Shown: in pieces, positions 1-12,743 of the stretch
How the letters are laid out: each line of letters opens with the position of its first letter
Numbering within the stretch: position 1 is the stretch's first letter
Assembly: GCA_965153455.1 (NCBI GenBank)
Contig: OZ234493.1
Coordinates: 18,466,213 to 18,530,212, forward strand
Reading direction: 5' to 3'
Source: Sphagnum compactum
Taxonomy: Eukaryota
DNA: 64,000 nucleotides
Notes under the pieces: generated by a model
Told to the model about the DNA's origin: nothing
What the model saw: only the letters and a program-made list of their open reading frames with translations
Databases searched by the model: none
Position numbers and translations under genes: made by a program

Positions 1-3000
1 CCAGAGTTTGTCACTCTGACCAGTTTTTTGGTGGACAATGTTGGTACAGATTAATTCATCATGCTGGAAATGTTGGATATCCAGCTAAATTAAATGGGTC
101 TCCAATTGCCCATGTCTCCTCTCAAAAGTAGCTGGGCCTGGTCATGCTGCATAATGAAGTAAGTTAGCTTAGGTATATTAGTGCTTTCCAAAGGACGAAG
201 AATTGTATTGTAGTGTATTGTTCTCCAAAGAAAACAATGCCCATAACAGACAAGAAACAAGAAGGGTTCTTCTAGACAAGTTGATCATGATGTGAATACA
301 TTATGTGAAACCCACATGGATCTGCAACCAAATGTCCTTGTAGGACTGGACATAAGACTTTGGGAGGCATTCAGAGTGTGGCCCTTTTTTTTGTTGTCAA
401 GACAGGTTGTTGTTTATAATATTTTAGTCAACAAGTGAGAGTTAGATAACAGTCTGCATGCATTCCTTTCCCCTCCAAAAGGTGGTTGCTCGAAAAGTAA
501 AGTCACCTCATTGGCTTACTGTTTGCTAGCTGGGACCTTCTGTTTTCTAAACGTGCTAAGATTTTGATTGCCCCAGGCATATGATAGTGTCAAGCATGCG
601 ACTGATTCTTTTTGAAGTATGATTTGGCTCATGTAGTGGAATAGGCTTCTACATCCCCTATACCCCTGCGCCACTCCCATAGGAGCGTAATTGCCAAAGT
701 CGTTTCCGCCACCCAACTTTGCTGGAAAATGTTTGTCCTTAGTTCGTGGTCTGGAGTAGAAATGAAATATTCTACTGAACATGACAACCTGAGCTGAAAA
801 TTGCACTTGAACATGGGGGCCCCCTACCCAAGCATAAAGCACTGCCTTGATTTTTCCTTTGTATTTTCAACTCCCTTACCTGCCTGAAGAAACGTGTTTC
901 CAGGAAGGGGGGATGTTCGGCGGTGGAAGGAACCAGCCAGGCTGTACTGGGATCTTCAGACCAGAGGAAGGTACCAGCCAGCCTGTCACTATTTCTAAAA
1001 GGTTAAAAAATCCGAGCCCAACTTTACGGAGGAAAGGGACCCTGAGTAAAGGCCCTTCTTTGACATCCAACCTATTCCCTCGGGCCTACCGGCGCGGGCA
1101 CAGATCTCAAATCAGAGAAGGGCCTGTACTCACACCCTTTTCCTATACATTATCTCCCGCTCCCATGCTGGTGTGAAATGACTTTGCGTATTTGCAATGT
1201 TCCCCAATTTGCACTGTTAAATCTAGGGTTCAAGTTCTTGTGACCCATACCCAAACTACCATCTTTTTGGTGAATCTGTCATAAGAGAGGAGGGGAAAGT
1301 TGAGTTGGGGTTTTTTTTCCCCTTTTTTTGACAAGTTGTTTCTGAGGTTGGGTGGGGTGGAGTGGAGTGAGGCGATTTTCTCCCCTTTTTCTCCCCCTTT
1401 CCAAAGGGGACAAGAGGAATTTTCTAGGGAGAGTTGGAGATTTCTCTTCTGCTTTTCAAAATGGTTTTTCTTAGTGACATTGGGAAGAGGGGGGTTTGGT
1501 TATTTCTAACAAGGGGGATTGGCCAAGGCATATGTTTTTGAAAGGCAATTTTTTTTTTATTGGATGCAATTTGTGTTCAAGATCAATTTTGTGCAATTTT
1601 GTAATACAATTTTATTTTTCTTGGCCCCTTCCTTGTAAAGCTAATGAACTCTAAACCCATTAACTTAATTCAATGAAAAATATTTTTTTTAGGATGAAAT
1701 TCTTGTGAAATCATGAAAAACAACTCTTGAACCTAATTTCAATTTGTTTAGGTGAGCAAGTTGAACTTTTTTTGAAAAGTTGACAATTAACTAAACTTTA
1801 TAGTCGAACATGATTAGTTTTAATTTGATGTAAGACTCACTACATGTACAATTCCCTAGTTTTATTTTGGGGTTTAAACTTCATACTTATACAATCTCCA
1901 ACATTGGAGAGTGTGGAGTGTATACTTTGGTTTTCAAACTGGACTCCAAAGTTTTTTAAATGAAAAATCACAAGTTTTTCAAATTTGTAGAATCTAATGA
2001 TAATTTCCTTATAATGGGGTGTTTTTTTTTCTAGGATGCAACTTTGATTGTTCATTTTAATGCACTTGATCAATCATAGAACTAAGGACCTTCTAGGTTG
2101 TTATGATAGGGAAGGCCTTACTATCAAAACATTAACCATTTGACCTTAGGTAGTATGCCTGATTCTGAAGACGTATTGTTTGATAAGAAAAGCCATTCCC
2201 CAATACGAAACAGATGAAAGCATGCCCTTAAAGTTAAATGTGATAGCCAATTCATGGATATGTAATTATGGAGTTTCTTGCATCTTGGTTAATTTGAACT
2301 TAAAACATTCAAGCACAATGTCAAACTATGTTCATGGGTTAAATTTTGGAAAGAAAATACTATGGAAAAGGTTTCAACTCGTGTTTTGTGGTATTAAAAT
2401 TTGCTATAGATACCCATTGGTTATCAACTTGAGTATATATTCACTTACCCAACAGGGTGAAAGAAATCAAAAAACTAATTTTGGTACACAACCTTGCTTT
2501 TCATTTTTTTAAAAAAAATTTCAAAAAACCGGCTTTCTAGCCATGGGCACTTTGTTGATCATTTCATGCAAACTAATGGTTCTTTAATGTTTCTAAAGTA
2601 ACTAGAACCAATTATTCTTTGATTTTGATTTCTTTTGGGTCTTTAGATAGTCAAATTTAGGAAAAAAAACTACCTGAAACTACACTTGGAATCAAGAATT
2701 TGCCTTCAACTAAAACTAGATTCAAGAATTACCTCTAGATAAAAATGACTTGAACTTGGCCTCAAAACCTATTTTATATAGGTTCCTATTCTTAAATTTT
2801 ATTTTTAATTTTCTTAAGAACTTATTTCCTTGTTTCAAGAGGGGCTAAACATGTTTTTAATTTGTGAAAAGGTTTCTAGTATACAAGTTTTTAATAATAA
2901 ATTTGATGGTGTGAGTGGTTAGAGACGAAGGTTTGGGGTTAAAACTCAAAGTTATTACTTTTTGGAACATGTTTGAAAATGAAACTTTTTTTTTTCTTTT

Positions 3001-5582
3001 TTGGTTTAGGAATGTAGTTGGTACACATGGCCACTTTTTATTGATTTTACAATGATAGTAATAGGAAATTTTCAATTTTGAACTACGTAAAAGTAAGTAG
3101 AACTTGTTTGGAACTGGAACTGCTTGGGATTTCTTTTTGAAAAACAAAGAATGTGCAATCTAGAAATATGAAGAATTGGGTTAAAATTGGACTTGCTGCA
3201 AAGATTTATCAAAGATTAAAAATTTCCTTGGACTAGATTCAAAAGTCCTTTCAATGTTTTGTAAAAAAAATTGAAACTAAGACTAAAGATTTTCTTGGAA
3301 AGTTAAAATTGAACAAAATTGGTTTAAACTAATGTTCTTCAATTCTTGACTTTGAAAAGAACCTTCAAATCCAATTGTCAGCTTTCTTTTTGTTTGATGG
3401 AGGGTGTCTTCATGTTAAGGAGCTTCACCTAGATTGTTTGTTAAGGATTTTTAAAAGACACGTAGAACTTTGGGGCATGGAATTGAATTTTTATATTTTA
3501 ATAATAACTATAACAATTAATGTTGACTCAATAAGTTCCAACCAAAAATGTCATTTAAATTGTGAAAATAAAATCCTTATGGAATCTTTTTTGGATGTGA
3601 TGAATTTTTTTTAATGTACAAAGGACTTCATAATTATGCAATTATGACATGTAACAATACAAGTTTGATTAATTATTACCATTAATATGTAATTAATTGA
3701 CATAATATTTCATTTTTATAGTATCTTGATAGTTGATGAAGAATTTAGAATTCTTTTGGTTGTTATCTACAAGAAAACTCTATTTGTGAAATTCTAAATG
3801 ATATTTTTTAACATGAAGACACCCTAGAACCTCTACTAAGGATTTAAAAATGATTTTTGAATTTATAGAACTTTTAGTTGTAGACACTTTCACAAACAAA
3901 TTTGGAGCTTGGTGTCATATGAAATTGGATTTGGTTCCATTTACATTGCACCCAACAAAGTCAAAGAACTTGCTTAAATAGGTATTCATGTTCTTAGAGT
4001 GGGTATTAAATTATGTAAGAGAAAATTGGGGAGGAACGATGCAATTATGGAAATAAACCCTGGAAATAAACAAGCAATGAAAAGGCCCACTAGTTTTTGC
4101 TAGGTGGAGAGGATTTATGTTGGGACTAAACCAAAAGATGATGAGACAATTTCATTCATCATTTTTTCGGTGATAAAACATGCAGCTAACATCACCGTAA
4201 TTTATCTCATAAGGTCTGCCCAAAGTTGAATGTACAAACTAAAAATTAAGGCTTTCAAAAACCTTGGGCTTATATATAATTAGAGAGCTTGGAATTGTTT
4301 TGAAAGGGACAACATTTTAATTGAATTTTAGTTTCGTTATTAGAAAAATGTAGTCTCACAAAATTCTCAGCCTCTTTAACTGCAGAAAATGACCTTAACC
4401 TACCAAAATTAGTTTGAATTGGTGTGGGGGGGTAGGTATTTGATTTTTCAATCACAATTGGGTCCATGTTTTACAAACCCATGAATTAGATAGGTATGAG
4501 GTAAGGGTGGGGGTTTGGATATTGTTATAGGTGGGCATAAGCATGTATGGTGTTTTGTAATTTTTTGACAGAAACCTAGATTGGTATGTTAAGTTGTAGA
4601 AAAACACGTTGTTAGACCTAATACCTAAGTCTTTTACAAACATTAGTTTTTAGAATTTAAAACACAACACACAACATATTAAAAAAACTTGTGCTAACAC
4701 AACTATTCAAACATAAATGGGTTTGCAATGCAACTTTAAATCCAAAGATGAAATCATTCAAACTAAGACTTTTTTTGACTTAACGTAGATGATTATCATC
4801 CTTCTAGAGCAGTAATTTGGACAAGTAATTCTGAAGTTTTGTTCAGCTCAAAATCCATTCCATTTGTATTGATTGGGTGCATTTCAAACAAGCATATTCA
4901 AAATTGAATTACTAATTTTATGTGTACATTAAATCAGGAGCTTGTTGTTGACATCTTTAAAAATTTTAACCTGTAAATATTAGTTCACCCACCCAAAGTC
5001 TTGCAATTTGTTGTCTGCTTTGCAAACCTGTTGAAATAAAAAGAAACAACAATGATGAACTTAATGATAAATTTGTAGGATGTATGAGGAGAACCAGACA
5101 GCAAAGGATGCAGTTCGCTTTTTCAACAGTCAAAATCCATGGCAACAATAGTAATTTCTATAAATTTCTTGCCTCTTGAAATTTGAATATACCACAGAGC
5201 TATTCATGGAAAATTTGTGTAATTAATTTCCTTGTCATCATGTTTTAAGATCACTTTCCTACCTAAATTCCAAATTTTGTATCAAGTTTTTTGGGCAAAC
5301 TGTTCTGCATGCAGTTTCTCCCTGTACATTGATCCAGGTATGGAAAATGAGTCTACCTGAGGAAGGGAAATGGAACCTCAGGAGTCAACATATCTTGTTA
5401 AAAAAGTTTTGTAAACTCTTTCGCATGATGTAATAATGGAACCGCCACATGCAGCCTATTAAAACTTTCTGTACTCTTTTATATCATGCAAAAGTGAGTT
5501 TTAAGTTTCAACCCAGAGAGATGGAGCCTTTAGTACTATTTTATCACATGTCTTTTGCTTTGGACGCAAGGGTGCCCATGAA

Positions 5583-6419
5583 TCTAATATATTAAAGCAA
5601 ACGTGGTGTCTGTCTGTCTGTCCGTGTGGACAAAAATTGGGCAGTGCCTGGAAGATTCTTCCAGTCACTGCCCGTTCCCTGTGGAGCTTCCCCAGATGTA
5701 ACTGACTCCAGAGAAAAAAGAAATAGGGGCAGTCTGATTTTTTGAGGCAAAAGATTTGGTAGACCAAAAAAAATAATAATTTAGGCCTTGGACAGCCCAG
5801 AATCTTTTTTTTTTTTTTTTTTTTTTTGTATTGACCAAGACTACCTTTTTTTTCTTTTAGCTACTGTCCGTCCCGATTAAGGGGATGGATGAAATGTCCG
5901 TCCGGCTTGATGACGAGACGGATTTAGGGGAAGACCAGAAAAAAAATATTTAGGCCTTGGACAGCCCAGAATCAATTTTTTTTTTTTTTTTTGTATTGAC
6001 CAAGACTACATTTTTTTTTCTTTTAGCTACTGTCCGTTCCAATTAAGGGGATGGATGAAATGTCCGTCCGGCTTGATGACGGGACGGATTTTGGGGAAGC
6101 CTTTTTTCTTTTAGCTACTGTCCGTCCCGATTAAGGGGATGGATGAAATGTCCGTCCGGCTGGATGACGGGGCGGATTTAGGGGAAACTTTTTTTCTTTT
6201 AGCTACTGTTCGTCCCGATTAAGGGGATGGATGAAATGCCTTCATTCTTGGGGGGGGTCGACGGGTAAGTTGAGGATGAAATTTTTTTATGCTTTTGTTC
6301 TCATCATGTTCTCAATCTGTTCTCATATGTTAAAAGTTTCTAAAAAAAACTAAAACATTAACCAAGTTTAAAGAAACCGGGGGACTTCACAGTGGCCGAA
6401 GGTCACGGGCACCCACTAG
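5583..6419 (+). mobile_element. Non-autonomous Helitron
   Basis: 5' end A|TCTAATATATTAAAG. 3' end has the hairpin GTGGCC-GAA-GGTCAC followed by GGGCACCCACTAG|T. It sits between A and T with no TSD. Confidence 0.85.
5760..6240. repeat. Tandem repeats inside the Helitron
   Basis: Four copies (the last partial) of ttttagctactgtccgtcccgattaaggggatggatgaaatgtccgtccggc..., and two copies of tttaggccttggacagcccagaatc-polyT-gtattgaccaagactac. Confidence 0.9.
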
Positions 6420-9400
6420 TCCTGAAAAGAGACAAAGTTTTCTGTAACATATTCACCACATGTCTTTTGCAGCAAAAGCAAGGCTATCCTGAATCCTGAA
6501 GGATAGTAAAATAATGCAGTGTCATTGGTGTATGGAAAGTCATGGGGATGATCATCAATTAAGACGTAACATCATGAACATCAATTTGAAAGTGTATTAT
6601 GCATTCCAAGTTGCAACATATAAGATCCTCAATTAGAATGCAACATAATGATAATCAATCATTAATCACATTAAGCATTCCAAGCCAAAACATATAGGAA
6701 AATTCAAAATTTCATCATTAACAAACAGTCTTTTTTTTTTTTTCAATTTTGTGATGTGGCATTGGTGGTGATGGTCTCACAAGAGATTTAGCAAAAGTGA
6801 TGATGAGCCCATAGAAGATTTAGCTTTAGTGGTGAAAATATTTGAAGAATTTGTCAAAACAATAGAAAAACTGTCATAAACAATAAAAATTTGGCAAAAT
6901 TCCTTAGTCGTTGGATGCAACCGAGAACCTTAAACCTCATCCAACAACAATGTTTAGAGCTAGAAACTCTTGTTATAGCGGTTGGGCCTCCCAACAAACA
7001 GTGAAATTTTGCCTTACTTCATCAAAATTAAAATAAATGTTTACTTCTGGTTATGGCATGGAAAAGACTCTTATCTTGCATTCTACCAAATGGATTTCTA
7101 ATTGACAAGCTTGTGTTTTGATCTTTCAAGCTTACAAATTAGCCTAACTCGGTTTTGATTAGGAAAGCTAGGATGGATAAAGAAATTTTGGTGGTTAAGT
7201 TTGAATCTAAGGGATTAGGTTAAGAGGTATGCCCTTATCCTAATAGAGCTTGAAGGGGTGGCTTGGTTAAGAAAAAGGGAAGGTAGGTTGACTTAAGGAC
7301 AAGGTTAAATTTCTTGTCTTTGTTTAAGACTAGTTAACCACACTAGATAAAAAGGTACAGGCAAGGGGAAGGAGGCTTCCTAAAAGTTTTTAAGCAATTA
7401 AGGTTAGGTTAGGGCATCACTAATGGCGCCTTTAAGGAGTTGAGAAGTAAGGAATAAGTGTTGATTTCTTTTTCTTCTTCTTGAATGTTGAGTGGAACAT
7501 GGGAGGGAGGTTGTGAAAAAGAGGGAGTGATGATGGTATAGGCAAGAGATCTTGACAATCATGAGGAGGCAAGGAAGATGAAGGTGGGAGGACACAACAT
7601 CATGAACTAACTAACTTCTCAAGGAGTGATAAGTCAACATTTGTTGGAGAATGGAGGCAAGATCTTCAAGTAGTGGTGGTTGTGGTACTATAAGGGGAGG
7701 AATTCATGAGCATGGTGAATGGGAGGCAGCTAGTGTCAAGCAAAGGTATTTAGACTTGTTGGAGTAAGGGGGGGTTAGGAATATAAAAGAGGAGGAAATT
7801 GGAGTTTGTTGGTGTGGGACCTAGTAGCAAACAAGCAATGGTCTACCCTTTTACAAATGCAAGAAAACAAGATATAGACAAGAAACATGGCTATCTTGGG
7901 CGTTAAAAGGTAAGGGGGCTATTTTCATTTTGATTAGTACTACAAGCTTTGAAGCAATAGATAGGAGGAGGTAGGATTGTAATGAAGTGGAAGAGTTTAT
8001 GGAGTAGGTAAGATTCAGTTAGAGATGGGAGTGAAAAAACTCCAGGTTGAAAGAATTATGTTGTAACCTCACTTTGAATGATGTGAGTTGTTTTGGTGTG
8101 TAATAACTTTCCATAACCCTTGGGAAATGACCTATGTATGAATAATTTTAATTTAGGGTTGCAACGAATTAAAGAGGGTGATAGGGAAGAGTAGCCAAGA
8201 AAAAAAGTGAAATGATTGTTTGCAACAACCAGAAATAGGACATAAAAATAGTAGATAAAGAAAGAAGAAACTCTAAAAAAGAGGGATACTTCTAGGTTGG
8301 ACACCATAAGGTTGTACCCTTCTTTGTTGTTGCAAAGATAAGAAGAAAAGAAGAAAAGAATCCCTAGAATAAGAAGCCAGAAGATAGAAGAGTTAAAAGT
8401 TGGCAAATAACTTGTGACTCTCTCCTTTGAAAATCCCAAAAGGGGTAAGAGAAGTGACCCAAGATAAGGTGTTAAGGGGTGCTAAAATTGCGCTTAACAC
8501 CTGCACTAAGGGCCACACCATGCTAAGGCAGCAGTAAGGAATGACATGGAGGACTTTGCTAATGAAATTACAAACCTTCATTAGTCCTTTTGCACTATTC
8601 TTAATGCCCATACAACTGTTAGTCACTTAACAAAGAAAACTGATACAGTAGTCGGTTCACATAAAAAATATAATATCAACATCAAATGAGAGGTTCTTTT
8701 AGAATGTCTCATCACAAAAGTCTAGGAAGTTCCAAGCAAAGGTAAAATGAACATAAAGCAGGAAAGCTTAGATTTGTGAATTTCCCAAAAGTGTTGCATC
8801 AAAATCTACAAACTCGGCAAAACATTTCACTGCCTTTACTGCAGTGTGGTAATCACAAAGGCAACCTTTGATTATCTTCACCAAACACCTTTTCTATTGC
8901 TGTGCCCCTACCAGTGGTGTGGTTCCGCCCAAAATATATGGTTTTTTAGGCGGGTATCTCTCTTTTCTAAACTTTGATTAACACCTCGAATAAACTAATA
9001 TAATAAACTAAACTTAACCCTATACCATTCTCAAAAAAAGAACAAGATAACCCAAAAAAATGAAGTGGCAAATGAAGTTTCATTCCTGTTAAGAAAGGCA
9101 ATATATATTTATATATAATTAAGAAAGGCAATATAAGAAAGGAAAATGAGATAGTTTGTCTTTGGAATTATCCAAGTAAAAACGTACGAAAAATTATGCA
9201 AAATCAATTTTCCAGGGATGACTGTACAAAAGATTATACAAAATCTCTCAAGTTTGGGCTTCTCAAAATTTCTTGTCACGGAATATAATACCCCTCTCTT
9301 TTTGTATATGTGTACTTTGCCAAAAGTGCACACGTCACGGTCCAATACCGTGCTAGCCATGTATTATATCTGAATACATCCCGATTCCTTGACAGCTCTT

Positions 9401-9712
9401 GGTTTCTTCATTAAAATGCTCATATCAATGCTCCGTGGGATATTAGGTGTGGTATGATTCAACTTATGCCACATGCACCATGCCAGGGTCTCCATTCACA
9501 CGAGAAAGTACTGTGTTCAATAATGGTCAGGCTATTGAAATGCCACGCGGGCTAGACGAAGTAGGTTTGGATCTTAGTTTATCCCCTGGAAATAGGAGCA
9601 CATGACAAGAAGAAAAAGGTAATTAGGAGGCCCACGATCCCAAATGCAAGGCAGGCGGTAGTGGCACGGTCTGCAAACATGATTTGGGTGTTCACTATTA
9701 AATGCACTGGCC

Positions 9713-10849
9713 AAAATAGCCATGGCAGTTGCTGTTCCTGCGCCAATAGCCAAGGCACCCTTTCACAAAATCCTCCACATGGGACTTTTTTGTTTCTGAT
9801 TTCCTTTTTTCACCCCTGCCCGCCCCCCATCCCCACCCATCCATGGTGATGAAAATCAGTGTTGGGCGGGTATCAAAAATACCCTCGAGTATCACCCGGG
9901 TATCATTTGAGCATTTTAATCTGATCCTCTCAAGGTATCACAAGGAATGATACCCTGATTAAAAATCAAACCACTGGTTGTCTCTTGTGTGAGAATTGAA
10001 TGTGAAAATCGATTTTTAGAAAACAAATTTTTTTTTTGAAAACTGGATAAGGTCTGAAACCTTAGAAGTTATGAAAATCGAACTTAATTATTTTTTTATA
10101 TAAAATGAAACAACATTTTACTTATTGGATCTTGTTGATCATTCATGGATCATTAGTTTGAACTTTGAAAGTATGATGTTAAATCAGCCTAGTTTAATTA
10201 GGGTTATAAAAAAAGAACTTTTTCATCATCAAACCCATTTCAAAATTTGCCAGTCAGATTCAATTTGCCTTGGAAGATGAGAAATCCAAGGGAGGACTAG
10301 TATTTGGTGATAGGTATTTATTAATGGTAGGCCAGGTCAGATATTTTGACAGTTTATATTTAAAATCTTTCAAAAACCTTGAACTAGAGGTTTTTTGATT
10401 TAAATGTTTTTCAAAAAGTCAGAGCTGTCGTTAAAAATAAAATAAAATAAAAAATTACAAATTTTTGGTTCTAATTTAAAATTTTAATTTCTAATTTTAA
10501 AAAAAAGTAATACCTACTTTGTGAGAATTGACAAAAGATAACCAGTTGTTCTCAAATTTTTGAAAATCAACATTGTGAGAACTGGCTTAAATTTTTTTAA
10601 AATGTTTTTGACAAGAACCAAACCCTTTTGTAAATTACTTTGTGAAAACTGGACCCCATAAGTATCATAAAATTGTGATACCCATCCAACACTGGTGAAA
10701 ACCACTGCCAATTCAGGCCCTTGGTTTCACTGCCCTTCTTTCCACTTCCCACATGGTTGAAAATTAAAATTTAAAAAAAAGTCCCATGGGTACTATGGAA
10801 GGGTGCCCTGGCTATTGAGGGAGGGACAGCATCTACCATGGCTATTGTT
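9713..10849. mobile_element. Long-TIR (foldback/MITE-like) element interrupted by a hAT-like insertion
   Basis: The left arm aaaatagccatggcagttgctgttcctgcgccaatagccaaggcaccctttc...catgggactttttt (9713-9791) is the approximate reverse complement of the right arm (~10774-10849). No TSD was found. Confidence 0.75.
9857..10694. mobile_element. Non-autonomous hAT-like element
   Basis: TIRs are CAGTGTTGGGCGGGTATCA and (reverse complement) CAGTGTTGGATGGGTATCA. The flanks atgaaaat and gtgaaaac form an 8-bp TSD matching at 6/8. The interior is AT-rich and non-coding. Confidence 0.8.
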
Positions 10850-12743
10850 CTCTCCCAACTTGCAAGGGGAGTGAACCTGGCCATATCAGAAAGACTAAAA
10901 GAAATCAATGACTATTCGTTCATTCAACCGTTCCAGCCAGAATGGTCAGTTCTATGCAGCCCAGAGGACATGATTGGCCGAGTTGGCAGAATCTGTCCCT
11001 ATCGATGGTATTCCGCAATTACATCCCCTACAGTCGATACGCATGCTCCGAGATCCCTATATAGCCAGACGTTCTCCTGAACCTTCACCGCTCAAAGTCA
11101 TTTTGCGTTTCCTGAGCTCTCTCGTCTCGTCTGCATTCTGCTCGTTGCCATCCTCCTCACAGGCTCCTCTAGTTTGCTTTCTTTCTTCTCTCTCATTACA
11201 TCCCAGGTTCAGTTTCTAGCACGCTGCACGTCTCTCCCTGTCTTTCCTTTCTCTCCAACAAATCTCTGTTTCATTCTTGCAATTTGTTTTGTTTCTTTTC
11301 CCCATTACGCCCCCCTGCCGACCCGGCTTTCATTTACGCACAACTGCAGCTGCCGCAATTGCATCCCGTGGGATTGCCATTCTCCTTGGCCTCAGACCAA
11401 TTTTCATACCCCTGCCGATGACCAGCCAGTACTCTGTTGTACTCCGAGTCATCTAGTGTCGACGGTATACTCGCATGCAGTTACGTTTAACTCAATGTCT
11501 CAATAGATCTCTAGGTTCTGGATTTCGCTGTTTCTTTTCCAGTATGAAATTGATGGTCTGATTGTTTATTTCCTTTCCAGCATCGACTAATTGTCCGTAT
11601 GTATTATTGCAGATATTTCGTGTAAGGACAGTCTCCACTAAAGAGTACAAAATCTTTATACAGTGGATTGCTCCATCTAAGTTGGTGCGCGTGCAACTTG
11701 TTTACTGCATTTAAGGTCACATCGCCTTTGTTGCCCTGTATGTGGATGTTCACCCCACCAAAGGATTGTTTACAACTTTAATCTGAATAGATGCTTCCAA
11801 GCTCCTGCTCATGGTTGGAATCTTTAACGTGGTAAAGACAAGAAAATTCGTATTGAAATATGTGAGCGCAATTCAGCATGGGATTGGCTTCTGAAAGTTG
11901 CTTTAGTAGGTCACCATGTGTGTTGTAATGAGATGTTCTAGATTAACGTTTGACACAATATGAGGCCTGGCTCGGTCATCTCCCTCTTCACAATGTTAAT
12001 CTTCTGGTGCTCTGTTTTCGCTCCATTCTTCTCTCTAGCTTGCAATATTCCCTCAGTTTGTGCGATGTCTGTTTTCATGCAGCTTGCAGCCGCTCCCGGA
12101 ACGAATTTCATATACAGCCCACCCGTATTTTCTGTTGGCTAATTGCAGCGAGTAAACCTCTCCCCACCTGTTTTTGCAGCTCTACCACAACATACCAGAC
12201 GCTTCCGCTTTCTTGGAGTGTCCACATAGCTTCAAGCACTAGTATTCGCAGCAGTACTCTCTCCAAGTTACCTGCCGTTCCACGTTCATTCCTACTGCAG
12301 TACGCTGCATTACTCTAACGGCCCGCGCTATCAGCTACCTCGCGGCTCCACTCCGATCTATCCTAATAATTTGAAGTGGTGCGTTTCATTTTATTGATTC
12401 ATGTGTAGATGCGCTTTTCATGAAAGAACCTGTTGACACTCTTGAGGCCACACTAACTCCTTTGCATAGCAGAATAGAGTTCGAAAAATACTGATATCTC
12501 AACTAAGTTGTATTGTGTAATTATTTCTTCCTCTCAGACCGTTCCAGAAATTAGAAGTAATGCCACTTACCCATCAATGTCTGAACATAAAGTTAGTTGT
12601 CACGAATCTTCACAATGGTGATCAAGCCATGCTTTCACTATGGAGATTGCTTTGAAACATGGTCAGGAAGTAGATTTTTGTAACAGGTTTCCTAAATAAT
12701 CGAAATGAACGAAAGTCTCTCTCTGTGTTATGTTGTTACAGAG

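Larger units (their letters stand above)
9..9050 (+). repeat. Segmental duplication, copy A (interrupted by insertions)
   Basis: Collinear blocks shared with copy B, approximate coordinates: 9-550/27690-28625, 645-845/28725-28920, 1175-1285/28935-29050, 2160-2325/29200-29365, 4660-4795/29372-29520, 8905-9050/31345-31465. Confidence 0.85.

Noticed and set aside
847..1176. 109-aa ORF in a GC-rich patch
   Set aside because: It coincides with a segment absent from the paralogous copy, starts at TTG, and has no recognisable protein motif.
6900..8630. Strongly G/A-skewed stretch that may be a decayed minus-strand coding sequence
   Set aside because: I found no diagnostic motif in the frames I read, so no family can be supported.
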